A stretch of DNA of 64,000 nucleotides from the IMG/VR virus record IMGVR_UViG_3300021431_004525; one strand, given 5' to 3'. Under the pieces are notes generated by a model that saw only the letters and a list, made by a program, of their open reading frames with translations, searched no databases and was not told the DNA's origin. A program made the position numbers and the translations under genes. The DNA is from a virus (Duplodnaviria; Caudoviricetes). The stretch's first letter is position 1. Each line of letters starts with the position of its first letter. Below are positions 24,412 through 37,307 of this stretch, piece by piece.

Positions 24412-24807
24412 TTAAATCATATCACAGATGGCAACACGCTTTCCGGCACGTATTAACTTAGGGAGATAAGTATCAAGGGCATGGTATGGAAAACCGGTCA
24501 AATTATGCCATATACCCTTATAGTTACAAAGACTAATCCCCAGAATATTAGCAATATCTACTGCATCATTTTCGTAACTCTCATAGAAATCACCACAACG
24601 GAACAGAAGAATAGCATCCGGATACTTTGCCTTCAGTTCATGGTAAGTTACCACTTTCTCTTGAGCCTTGATACTCTCTATTTTCTTTTCGATAGACTGC
24701 TGACGTTGAAAAAGTGCTTCAGAAACAGCCTTTGCGTTCTGATAGGTCTTGTTCACGAAAGAAAGTTCATTCTCTAACTGCTTGATAAGTTCCTTATTAC
24801 TTTCCAT
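24412..24807 (-). CDS. stand-alone MutS domain I (mismatch-binding) protein with N-terminal coiled coil
   Basis: [23 protein letters not shown]...[25 protein letters not shown]. No ATPase domain. Confidence 0.88.
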   Translation of the reverse strand: MESNKELIKQLENELSFVNKTYQNAKAVSEALFQRQQSIEKKIESIKAQEKVVTYHELKAKYPDAILLFRCGDFYESYENDAVDIANILGISLCNYKGIWHNLTGFPYHALDTYLPKLIRAGKRVAICDMI

Positions 24808-24955
24808 AACTTTTGATTTTATTTGTTGTTCTGTTTTAATTACGATGCAAAGGTAATACATTTTTTCCAAATAACCAAGGAAATTACGCTAAATTATGTT
24901 AACAATATGTTAAAAAATATAAGGTGGTTTCAAAAGTCTGCAAAACAGACCGACC

Positions 24956-25072
24956 CTACACACGAAGGAATGCCCGGACATAGTGGAGGCTGCTCTTATT
25001 GTTGATACCCATGTAACTGCCGTACATATCCACGAGGTATGCGTCGACACAATCATACTCAGAACTCGACCA
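24956..25072 (-). repeat. DGR variable repeat VR2
   Basis: See VR1. Followed by a GTCTG-TTTTG-CAGAC hairpin. Confidence 0.8.
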
Positions 25073-25969
25073 ATATAATGAATCAAGCAACGTAGCACCA
25101 TTCAATAAAAACAATGAAAAATTAATAAGAATAGCGTTCTTTGACATTTTTTCCAACTCGCCAGCAGCACCTATATACCAATCTCCGGACTTCGTACCTT
25201 TGGTCTTATATTCACTAATACATTTGAATATAGGATATTTCTCTGGTTTGTAAACCTTTGATTTAAGGGCATTTTCAGTTAATTCCTTGCCATTTAAAGA
25301 TTTTTCATAAGTTTCATAAGAAACTGCATTGTTAATAATAGGACATTTGGACAATCCAAGAGTACACCAACGCTGCATACTACTTTCACGGGAAATAACT
25401 ACCGGATTACTATTCTCGTCATAGAAGCCAACTACACCAATAATATCCTTATCTATCTCTGCGGTATATTCATCACGATGAATATATTTCTTACTGCCAT
25501 CTGGCTGAACGACGCAAAAATCGCCAATAGATACTTTACCCTCCTCTATCGTCTGCCTATAATCATCCTGTAACATATCTATAATACAACCGATACTTTC
25601 ACGTCCATACGCTTTATCCACTACCCTGTCAGTAATGAAAATTTTACGGGCACAGATTTCAGAAAAATCATCAGATACATAAAACTCAGTACCAGCCGGA
25701 ATAGTTGATGTGAAAACCCTACAGCCTTCGCTAAAACCGCCAGTCGCATTTTTTACTATTAAGAGTGCATGAATAAATCCATCACCTATGTAGTTACGTC
25801 CATCCTTACAATATGTACGTTTATCTTTGGCCTTAAGAGTTTTATTCAGTTTAACAGATGTGCCTTGATATGGAGTTACATAACCACAATTATCACAAGA
25901 CCGAAGCACTTTGTAACAAGTGATGTCGTTTTTAGCGACCATCAATTTAATGTTTGTTGTTAGACACAT
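24956..25969 (-). CDS. second DGR target-like protein with C-type-lectin-fold variable domain
   Basis: Full-length paralog of 756-1772. Ends YWSSSEY...YVRAFLRV*. Confidence 0.8.
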   Translation of the reverse strand: MCLTTNIKLMVAKNDITCYKVLRSCDNCGYVTPYQGTSVKLNKTLKAKDKRTYCKDGRNYIGDGFIHALLIVKNATGGFSEGCRVFTSTIPAGTEFYVSDDFSEICARKIFITDRVVDKAYGRESIGCIIDMLQDDYRQTIEEGKVSIGDFCVVQPDGSKKYIHRDEYTAEIDKDIIGVVGFYDENSNPVVISRESSMQRWCTLGLSKCPIINNAVSYETYEKSLNGKELTENALKSKVYKPEKYPIFKCISEYKTKGTKSGDWYIGAAGELEKMSKNAILINFSLFLLNGATLLDSLYWSSSEYDCVDAYLVDMYGSYMGINNKSSLHYVRAFLRV

Positions 25970-26069
25970 AATTCTTATTTTTAAATCGTTTTCTTAATGT
26001 TTTGCAAAGGTAGTGAAAATATTTCAAGCCACCAAAGAAATTTATGACTTTAACACTATTTTACATTTC

Positions 26070-26471
26070 TTATACGGCCATGTGAATAGCGTTAAGCAAC
26101 CGGTTAAAAGTTTCCTCCGCATCTGTAAAAGGAATAAAATTGTTGTAGCCTCCACGATAATCTTTTTCATGCGCTGCTGTCCGGCAGAAAAACGGGCCCC
26201 TACAGCGTAAATTCGCATAGGCACGACCACCGGCATTACACGAATTGTCATAAGAAAAGTAGACATAGTGTCCGTCTCTCTCAATGAAACCTGACATATC
26301 ATAATGCCCTTTGGAGTAACTTACAAGACTTGCTCCTATATTCTTACAGATACGACTTATTTCACGTTTAAAAGCGTTCTGAAACGTGTTAAACTGCTTG
26401 GAAACGTATACACCATCGTCCTGCATATCTACCCCGCTCCACTTCTTTACAAATGCTGTTATCTTCTCCAT
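26070..26471 (-). CDS. phage hypothetical protein
   Basis: 133-aa ORF with GHY..SGF and RTA..EKDY.GG.NNF motifs. Confidence 0.8.
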   Translation of the reverse strand: MEKITAFVKKWSGVDMQDDGVYVSKQFNTFQNAFKREISRICKNIGASLVSYSKGHYDMSGFIERDGHYVYFSYDNSCNAGGRAYANLRCRGPFFCRTAAHEKDYRGGYNNFIPFTDAEETFNRLLNAIHMAV

Positions 26472-29400
26472 AACTTACTTTTAATTAATATTTAAACACA
26501 TTCCTCAACGTCCACTTCATCAATCTGTTCCAATTGCGTTCCCTCACCATCCTCAACATCAATCTCGTAGACATTTACGGCAAAGGGAATACATTGATTG
26601 GCATCACCACTACCAGTAGCAGGCTCTCCATCTTCATCAAGACCTCCCCAAACCTCAAAACTTAAACCATCCTCCTCAAAGTAATATACCCATGTATCTT
26701 CATAGGTCTCCTTATCAATTTCAGACTTCTCGACCTTATGGTTATAACGCTTTCCGTTATAGTTAAAACCAATTACAATATACTTCTCAAACTCCATATT
26801 AATTGATATTTAATCGTTACACAATTCCACATCAGCATTACAACGCACAAACACACTGGCCGTAGGATGGGCAGTACCATCTTTCTTAATCTTAGCCAAA
26901 ATAGGACGTACTTCATCCGTACCATTGTTAATCTCATAACCCTTGACGATACCATATTCATCATATCCGGTTGGAAAGTTACCACCATATTGTCTGTGAT
27001 GTACCACAACCTTAGTACCTACCGGCCACGGGCTATTACTCTCAACGTATGACTTTCTAAGGTCAGCCATTTGTTGCTCTAATGCCATGTACTTCTCAAT
27101 ATACTCCTTCTGTTCCATAATTTTACTAATTAATATACAAATGTATAAGTTGCTACCTCAACATCAATTCCATTCTCCTTGATATAATCATCCTCGATGT
27201 TCATATCAATATCATAGTCCTCACCTTTAAAGTTCTTCTCAAACTTGTTGAATATCCAACGTCTTACATCATAGATGTCATTACGAACAATTCCACACTC
27301 ATGGTTGCCCTTTACACACAGAACCATTTTGTTTTTCTTCTCTCCAAATTCATTAGTGAAGGTTGTCTTAGACACCTTTTTCACTTCTACTGAACCATAA
27401 CCTGCAAAATGCTTAACTTTCATAATCTATAAATGTTTTAATTTGATAGCGCAAAGATACAACAAATTTATGAATTATCCAAATATTTTCGTCACTTTAA
27501 CACAATTTTAACACTTATTCTTTAATAAAGACACCAAGAAATCCCATTAATCTTTAGTTTGTGGGTAGTTCACTTACATATTATATTAGCAATCCGGTCA
27601 ATCCTTAACGCATCATCAAAAATTTCCTCAATGGTATTGCCACGACCAATCATATTAAATTTAGATTTATATTTCTTGTCAAGTTCAATGGCTTGTTCTT
27701 TTGTGACAAGAACTTCTACATAGCCATCATAATCATCATTAAAACCGGTACCTTGTACGTCAATACCCATCCTTCTTAATTCATCGGCAAGATAATTCAG
27801 ACGATACTGGCGACCTTTGCAGTCATAGTAATGTACTTCTGCGTATACCTTTTCCATATTTTTATTGTTTATGCCCAACGTTTCCAATATGCTATTGAAT
27901 TTGATGTACTGAAGCCGAAATACTCTTTTACCCTATATTCTGTCGCATCACCCTCGTTAGCGTTGAATGTGGCTCTCATATCCCACTTTCCACGTTTCTC
28001 AACTCCATTGTTAAATACCTCACCAATAAGGTTTTCCTTTGGAGTTTTCCAAATGACAAGCAATGCCCCATTATCGTGCTTGTATATTGCAATTTTTACC
28101 ATATCTTTTATTTATTACTATACGTTTTCAAATTCGTTTGGTGTAAACTCGTCATCATCTGTATCTCGCTCACTTAAGTGTATTGCCACACAGCCAGCGA
28201 TAAAGTCTTTGAGAGAAATCGTATCATCACCCAATGCCCTCTGAATCATGTCGGCATGGAATAAATTGTAGTGGCTTTCGAGCAGCCATGAAAGTTTTTC
28301 GTCCATAATATTTATCTCCTTTTAATTTTTATTTCTTTTGTGATGCAAAGGTACAAAAAAATGCGCAGACCACAAAATAATCTGCGCTAATAAATGTTAA
28401 TTAATTGTTAAAATTTACTAATCCCATTCCATCTTACGTTTCAATTCCTCCAGTGCTTCCAAAGCACCAAGGACATTACAATCACGTTTGGTACTTCCAA
28501 GTCCATCAATAAAATCCAGAATGGTTTTCAGACACTTAATCGGCAACTCATGCAGATAGACAAACTCACCCCAATTATCCACTTCATCATCCGGATAATG
28601 CAGAATATATACCATCACTTCATTGGTGTCCTTAAATGCACAAATTTGAGCACAGACACAATCCTCCTCATTTGGAACTCTGATACCATCGGGTAAATCC
28701 AGATACTTCTCACGGGCAGTACAACCACGTTTGCCAAACTTCCATATCTTGCCGAAAACAGATGTATTATCCCTTCTCATATAATTTATATTAGTTAATT
28801 TTTATTATTATTTCTATATTCCGCTAACTTGCTTTGAGCATATTCTTCCACACTGGCATATTTCTCGCGTTCTTCTGCTCTTTTACGGCTTTCTTCCAAT
28901 TCTTCAAATGAAGGTTGGACCGCTATCTCTCTTAGTCTTTCCGGATAAAACATGATATAAATCGGTTAATCTTTATCGTCAATTACTATCAGCCATGTGA
29001 ACCAGTCACAATCACGCATCCATGTATTACGTCTGCCATCAAACCTACCTACCAGTTCAATCTGTGGCCATTTGTCAGTACAAAGCCTTGAAGAACGACT
29101 TTCTTCTTCTGTTAATGCACCGGACTTAACAAATGGTAAACTATGTAAGTGACATAACTTATCATTGTCAATAGGATATTTTGTCTTGTAATACTTTCCG
29201 GTCTTATGATTCTTGATTAACCACATATTATCTGATTTTTAATCCCATTCAGCAATATACTTATCTGTCTCGTTGTCGTAGATGTTCACTTGCGGACACT
29301 TTGCACTCCTATAGAACTCTGCTGCCTTTTTAAGAGCCAAAACTTCATTGTCTGTATCAATATGCTTGCCGGTTTCCTCAATCACATCACCATTCTCATT

Positions 29401-29755
29401 CAACTCATAGCAATGCACGGAATAACGTGCTTCAAGCGATTTGATATACTTCTCTACGTGTTTATTAACGTCATGGATAACACCATCGCCCATTGTGGCA
29501 CAATAACGCTCTATATGGTTGTTTACTTCGTCCTCATGAACACCATTATCAATGTCCATTGACTCCCATACAAGGGCATGAATGAAATCCTTGAAAGCCT
29601 TTTTAACTTTCTCGTAGTTTTCGTAATTCTCTTTAATTCTAATCTTATCCATATCTACTTATATTATTTAATTTTGATGGTGCAAAGTTACAAAGAAAAT
29701 TTAAAATAAACGAAAGAATTACATTATTTAACCTGAAATTAACGCTTTTTTACAT

Positions 29756-30142
29756 TTAAAGGTTGTATTCAGTTTGAAGATAATCAGCAAACTCATGGAT
29801 ATTAATACCGGTTTTCATCCAATTATTGTATTCATCCTTGCAACCATTATACACTTTCAAACATTCAGAAACCTTTGTATATCCAAATGTCTCCGCAAAA
29901 TCATCAATGTCGGTTGCATCTGCATAATACATTGCATCGGACAAAGAACAATACAAAGCATATACCAACCCCGTATCATCCAGAGACGTATCATTGCAAT
30001 AATAATCAAACTGAAGGTCAATACCATTCACGCATACTTTCACAATGTGATGTTGCTTAATATAATTCTCACTCCACGGGGTAGCAGTTCCGGCATACTC
30101 ACTCGATAAGGTAATCTTATTACCGTCAAAATTAATCTCCAT
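29756..30142 (-). CDS. phage hypothetical protein
   Basis: 128-aa ORF with LSDA...DDFAETFGY. Confidence 0.8.
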   Translation of the reverse strand: MEINFDGNKITLSSEYAGTATPWSENYIKQHHIVKVCVNGIDLQFDYYCNDTSLDDTGLVYALYCSLSDAMYYADATDIDDFAETFGYTKVSECLKVYNGCKDEYNNWMKTGINIHEFADYLQTEYNL

Positions 30143-31889
30143 AAACTATCTTATTTTATTTTTTCTTTTGCAATATCCATAATATGTGTAAGTTCACCAT
30201 TCCACAAACCCCAATCGGGATTAATATAGTAGTCAACATCAAACTTGACGTTCTTAAAGTCAAAAGCCAAAATCATTGTCTGCTCACCATCCATATCCAA
30301 AGGTATTTCAAGTAATTTGTACTTCTCGTCAAGCCAATCAAAGACTGAAGCAAACGGACTATCCGCCTTGTACATTGTGTAGCCATCATAGAGAAAATGC
30401 TCCTTCAATGCAGATAAAGCCATTTCCTTTGCTGCTGCGTCTGTTACACAACCAAAATAGTTCTCTACCCTTTTATTGTATTCACTGACGATAAGGTCTG
30501 CAATACCATCCAAACCAATTGCCACACAATGCTCGTCCAGAAAAATCTCAACATCTAATATATCGACCTCTCTGTCAGCAAGATAGCCGGAAGGCGAATC
30601 TGCCTTGATGATTTCCGTGAAAACGTTGATAACGTCCTTCTCGTTGAATTGTGCAAGATATTCTGAATTGTCCATATTGTTTATTGTTTTAATTTGATAC
30701 TGCAAAGGTACAAATAATTACTAAAACTACCAAAGAAAAAGTGTTAATTCTTTGTTAATAAAACGTTAATTAATCATAATCAACATCTTTCAACTGCCAG
30801 TAAGCATCTTCGGTAGTGTCTTTCTTTATAAAATCCAGTACCGCCTTTGCATCATCGGCATTATCCACATAGCCATTAACGATAGGGTAAATGTCTGCAT
30901 AAGTTTTATTATATGACCTCATGATTATTAAAATCACCTCGTCACCAATTTCCTCTATCCGCTTCTTACTTAACATAATTAATGTGAATTAATTTTTCTA
31001 GTTACTATTTTTTACTAACTGATACCAATGCAGATTGGAATATGTGTTCTTTCCTATAAAATTACTCATATAGTCTCTCAATGCCTCCTCCTTAGTATAG
31101 CCATTATCCATTGAACTGATACCTCTGTTGTCATCAAATCCAGCACGGATATAATGTGCTCTGCTCTCACCATTTACAATAATATCCCAGTCACGGCCAT
31201 TCTCACTTACCTCAACTTTAAGGCCAAACAGATTATTTGCAGCCTCCTCAATGGAATTAACCGGATACGGTATACCATTATAAACAACTATGTAATTACT
31301 TGCATTATCCATAACTAACTATTTCTGAAATAACTCCTTAACATACATAATTCTCTCCGGCTGCTCACGCTCCCACATCTTAATTGTATCACCTCCAATC
31401 ATTTCATCAGCGTCATAAATGCGATAGACCTTTACACTATGTAATCGGTACTTTGAAATTGCCTTATTAGCCGCCTTTTCAGCAGATTTTAAGTTCTTAT
31501 ACACCTTCAGATGGTTGTTGTCAAAATACCAATTCATTACGTCACGACCTTGCAACATATAAGGTATGGTATAAATCCAACCCACTACGATGAACTTGTT
31601 GAAAGCAATTGTATTCATATCTTTAACACCTATAATGATTATCTTCAATATATCCTATTAGTTTATCGACAAATTTATCAACACTATCACATGTATTATT
31701 TGTTTCTACTCTTGTGCCAGTCCAATCCGTATGAGTGGACATATTCTGTTCACAGAACTCTTTGATAATTTCTCTATTTGTTCTAAAACTTGCCATATTC
31801 TATCTGTTTTTTAATTACGATACAAAGGTACAACATTTTTTTGAGAAAAACGAAGAAATTACATTCTTTAACACAACTTTAACTTCTGT

Positions 31890-32048
31890 TTAGGCCGCTT
31901 TTGGAAATAATTCATCCAACCAACCATTTGCCCTTGCAATTTCGTATGCACCATTACTATATTTTCCAAATTCACCTTTTGTTTTATACTTTTTTGCTTC
32001 TGCAAACACATTATCCTTTGTCCAGAATCTTCTTGGTTTTTTTTCCAT
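31890..32048 (-). CDS. 52-aa single-repeat derivative of the 8255-9496 endonuclease (no nuclease domain)
   Basis: Own translation: MEKKPRRFWTKDNVFAEAKKYKTKGEFGKYSNGAYEIARANGWLDELFPKAA. Flanks match those of 8255-9496. Confidence 0.8.
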   Translation of the reverse strand: MEKKPRRFWTKDNVFAEAKKYKTKGEFGKYSNGAYEIARANGWLDELFPKAA

Positions 32049-34070
32049 AATTCTTAATTGATTTTATTTGTTAATAATGTTATTTTTTAATTGTACTGCA
32101 AAGTTACGAAAAAAAATTGGGAAAACCAAACATTTCCCCAACTTTAACATTTTTTTAACACTTAAGTCGTTCTTTTCAACTCATTGAATACATTGGTAAC
32201 TTTATTCATCAGTCTTTTATATTTTTCCCCGATATAATAAATACCAACGTAGTACCCTTTATATGGAATTATTTCAATGTTACTGAAATCACCATCAACC
32301 GGAAAATCTTCCGGTTCGTTTAAAACAATTTCTTTAATTTCATTTTCACTCTCGCCAACAATAATGCCCTCAATACCGGTGGTAAATGTAAAAAAAGTAC
32401 CAATCACAATAAAGGCCGTAGGCATTCCATAATTATCGGTTGTGTGGTAACACTTCCACAATTCAAAATATGAATCACTAAAATTCTCTTTTAGAAATTT
32501 TCTTGCAATCTCACGTCTTTCCATAATTTTAACACCTAATCTTTGAAATACTTCTTATCAATTTTTACGGGTCGACAGAAATCAGTTCCTACACAATATT
32601 CATTTTCAGTGTTCAATTCCGGTAATATCATAACCTTATCACCCTCATTGTAGTTCTCACTTCCATCTGAAAATGGTATCTTACAAGTCTTATATTCTAC
32701 TTTCATATTAATCTATTTTTTCACCACTTAAATCTCATATAGACCATCACAATTTTCATCAATGTAATCATCTAAGGTTACTAAGTCGTTGTCTATACAT
32801 ATACCATCTTCTTCCAGAAAATGATGCACCCGATATACTTCAAGTTTTCTACTACAGCCAAATGCTAATTGCATTTCCGGTGTCGTTCTGAACCCATCAC
32901 CAACCCGATAGTCACCATCGTATGAAATATGATAATATTTTATCTTTTCGTCATATTCAAATTCTTCATACCAATCTTGACCATGAGAATATTCCGGTTG
33001 TTTGACAGGTCCAAGAAATACTAATTGGACATTCATTGTATATATCAATTAAGATTACTTTTCTTCATAAATGTTTCAAGAACTTCTTTCTTTACAAACT
33101 CCTTAAACAGACTAATGATTTTATCACCACACTCAACAATCTGACCATATTCAAATCCATAGTCGTAATCCCATTTGCTTTCCTTGCCTTTCCAGACATC
33201 TTCCCATGTGGGTGTGTTAATGAAAACACCATCAAACACATTCAGACACAAGGTATCACCATTCCGGTGTTCAAATACGGCAATATTAAATCCCTTGCTG
33301 AAACACCATACAGAAAAGATATATCCCTGCTCACGGCCATTCTCATAACGGCCAACCCTAACATGAACAAACGAAAGTAAACACTCTATTTCAGCCTTTT
33401 CTTCGTCACTCGTCTCTATATCCTTAACATTATCGGCAAATTTACGGACATAAGCCAAAACCGCTTGCTCTTGCCATCCGGCACCATCATCCATGTAACG
33501 GCTAATCTCTATCATAACTCTATATTATTTAATATTTACTTTGTAATCACTTGTCACAGAATACTTATCTTTAACCAAATACAAATTGCAAGGTTCATAT
33601 CTCATGCTTTCCGGTCTAAATGATTCTGACATATCATCATATCCGCTAATAGACGGATAGAAGTCAACATCGTCCATATTAAGGGCAATAAGGTAAAAAT
33701 ACAAAGCAAGGTATTTAGGACTTTGCTCACATCTGAAATAAGGTTTGTATGACAATTCTCCATGACTATACCAACTATTACTATATCGGTTACGATATAA
33801 TCTCTCATGGTCATTCATAGACCTTATAATTGTAACGGCTTCATTGTTCCGGAAATAGTCATTGAAAAACTCAAAACTCTCCTTAATCTCATTTAATATA
33901 ACCCTATCCTTAAATTCCTTAAATTCGGTCTCATGCTCTTTGGCAAATGACTTGTAGTAATCCGGATTAGTAGAACACTTATCAACCCGATTACCTGCCA
34001 TGTACCAACGAATAGCAGAAAAGAACTCCCTTATCTTATTAATGAATTTCATATTAATTTATTTTTAATG

Positions 34071-34334
34071 CTATCGTTGCTCTACAAAAATTACTTTACC
34101 TTCCATTGCACCCCATAGAGAACTCTCTTTAAAAACTTTTGTTTTAGGTGTATAATCATTATCCATTGGTTCAACAAGATACCAGAGATTATCTTCCTTC
34201 CACGTAGCCTCCACCAGTTTCTCGCCCTTTTCCAACCGAATTGTCGTTGAACCACCAAAAGAACGTGTTACCTTCTGGCAACTTGTTAAAACAATGCTAA
34301 CAAACAGCAATAAAATAAACCCAATTTTCTTCAT
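34071..34334 (-). CDS. putative lipoprotein
   Basis: MKKIGFILLLFVSIVLTSC lipobox. Confidence 0.75.
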   Translation of the reverse strand: MKKIGFILLLFVSIVLTSCQKVTRSFGGSTTIRLEKGEKLVEATWKEDNLWYLVEPMDNDYTPKTKVFKESSLWGAMEGKVIFVEQR

Positions 34335-36662
34335 ATTAATTGATTTTTATTTAAGACTTTTCAAATATTCAATAAACTCCTTAGAATTTGTTGACCTGCC
34401 CCAAAGCCGGTGTCCCTTAATTTGGTCCTTGATAAGTTTCATATTTACACCGCTATTACGGAAAGCGGATGGAAAATTCTTTACAAGGAATAAACGTTTC
34501 AGTGCAATATCCTCACATAAAAACCGGTTACTATCGTCCAGAAAATTATTTTTACCTCTCTTAACCTTAAGTATATCCTCTAACTGACTTAGATAAGCAT
34601 AAATGTCCAGAATTTCATTTTTCTCGTCCTTTGTCAACTTGACCTTTTCCATATTATTTATTTTTAAACGTTTGGAACAATGTCATACCCTATTGTATCT
34701 CCTTGCTCGGAAATAAATTCTTGACAATCATCGAAAGAGCCAATATATACTCCCTCTTTACCAATTTCATCGGTATAGTCAATTACTTTATGACTTGTAA
34801 TCCTGTTTGGGTCTAAATTTGCCATAATCTATCTTATTTCTAATTAATATTTACCATACAATTATTTTCAGTAAGGAACTCCTCCACCTCAATCTGTTCC
34901 TTAATGTCATTCTCTAACATATCTCCATCAATGACATCATCGAATGAATAGTCAGCCAAACTACGGCCTGCAAGTTCACAGACGAACTCGCCATTTTCTT
35001 CGACATCAAGACCATTGATAGTCTCTATCACAACATAACCTAAACCCGTTTCGTATGTACGCATAATCTATAAATGTTTTAATTTGATACTGCAAAGGTA
35101 CGAAAAAATTCTGAAATAGCCAAACAATTTCCTATAATAAACGTTAAGCAATCGTTAAAAAACGTTACTCAAATTTTATGTTATTCTTCTTAGTCCAATC
35201 ATCCGGCTGCCACACACCGAAACCAATAGACACAACACCATCCTTACGGCCAACGTAGATACAACCATCAAGAAAATCATTACTTGGCTCTCTGTTGGCA
35301 TATACTTCCGGTTTAACAGCCAACTTGACCGCAACCTTATTGTCCGGCATGATATTATGCTCCCTCTCAAGATACCTCTCGATATTTTTCCATAAATCAT
35401 TTAACCATCCGTCAAATGGTGTCTCATAATTGGGACTGGTATTCACAACACGTAACGTAACAATGGACGTGTATGGAAAATATTCAGCAATCTTGAAATT
35501 CTCCAAAGTAAGAGTTTCCTCTAACATGAAACCAACTATATCCCTACGTAATGCCATAATAAAATGAATCTATTTTTATTTAATCTTCTTCAAATGATAT
35601 TTCCTTGATGATTACACTCTTTCCATCCTTTTTTCCGGATGGATAAGAAATGTCACAATCCCAAAAACCATCATCAAGGGAATTGTCAATCTCGTCTTGT
35701 TCAATATTTGGCATAATCTCATGGATGCAATCAGCAAAATACTTCTCGGCTTTCTCCGTATCAGTAAAAGCCTTAGAATTGTATGTCGACATATCACTCT
35801 TGATAACAACCTCAACCAAAATAATCTCCTTAACCATAATATTAATCTATTTTTAATTTAGTCTGAAAAATTACAATCCTTAATCATACCATTCAACATA
35901 TCAATGTAGTCAGAAGAACCATAGAAACGTTCCCTATCGTTCAGATACTTCACACAGACCTCAACAATGGTCTTATATTCCATATACCGGAAAGATGCGA
36001 ACCATTTCTCAATCCAATCCTCTGACAAATCAATCCATACCTCATAATAAAGACCCTTACACTCCGGACGTAACTTCAATGAGGGGTTAATGATATTATC
36101 ATATACCTCCCAAGCCTTGTCAACCTCTTTCTGGTAACTTACTTTACGGAATATCTCCCGTAACTCGCCATCGGACATCAAGGGCTGACGAATATTCTTC
36201 TCATTACGAAGGTAATTCTTCGCACGAACAGAAAATTCCTCTGATGTGTTACATACTCCGGCAATGCTCTCCAATTCTTCTTTAATTGTTTTCATATAAA
36301 TTGATTTTTAAGTTCTTATCTTTTCAGAACCTATGCAAGGTCAGTCAAGAAATACCACCAGTTATTAAGAAGTTGCTCTTTTGCTTTTGGATTATTCAAA
36401 ACAACCTCACTAAATTCTTCCACGCTCTCAAATATCGCAGTATCTGCATCACAAAGAGCAAGGTCGCTCATTTCCTTGTCAGAAATTGAATCCATCCATT
36501 CCTTATCGTAAGACGAATCTTTAGGAACACCGATTACTCTAACATTAAGATGTTTATCCATATTCTACTTTTTTATTTTGTTTGACAATGCAAAGATACA
36601 AATAATTCTCTAAATAACCAAATATTTCACCATAATAAAAGTTAAGAAAACGTTAAAAGATA

Positions 36663-37268
36663 TTAATGCAATCTCACATATATAAGTTCAGAACCTTCAT
36701 CCCTCAATAATTCATAACCAGACTTCAATAATGACAATTCAAATTCCGGTAACGTGGTATCTAACTTATATTCAATACCCATGTCATCCTTAACAGAAAG
36801 ATATTCAACTATTTTGTAATCTACATTATATTCCCTGATATAACAACACCTTATGAAATTATACCATTCACTCTCATATAAACCGGCAGTGTATCCATGA
36901 TACAAATTTATTCCAAATTTCTTATTGAAAGACGGAACTTCATACTCTTTACTATATGCAGTACGAATATTCTTGCCGACACATAGCCATTCACCAGAAA
37001 AACCATCAGAAAAAACAAACTCTTTAAAAACCGGCGTTAATTCATAGTTGTGGTGACCAAAGTATTTTGAAATAACATGATATGTTTTTTCCATTTCAAG
37101 CAATACGTCACTAAACGTCTTATCATTGAAAGTTGAACGACATCTGCGAAGATAAAATTCAACGGCAAAATTACATAAGTCACTACCGGACTTGTCCTCT
37201 AACAATAAGGATAAATTAACAGATAACTTCTTTAAGGCTCTGTCGTAAAAGTATTTGCTAATATTCAT
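36663..37268 (-). CDS. hypothetical protein
   Basis: 201-aa ORF. Confidence 0.8.
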   Translation of the reverse strand: MNISKYFYDRALKKLSVNLSLLLEDKSGSDLCNFAVEFYLRRCRSTFNDKTFSDVLLEMEKTYHVISKYFGHHNYELTPVFKEFVFSDGFSGEWLCVGKNIRTAYSKEYEVPSFNKKFGINLYHGYTAGLYESEWYNFIRCCYIREYNVDYKIVEYLSVKDDMGIEYKLDTTLPEFELSLLKSGYELLRDEGSELIYVRLH

Positions 37269-37307
37269 ATTAATTTGTTTTTATTACTTAATAATCAATA
37301 TATGTGG

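Noticed and set aside
756-25072. One of the two repeats being the DGR template repeat
   Set aside because: Both are in-frame gene ends, and at several variable sites neither has A. No RT motif was seen in any ORF in the window.
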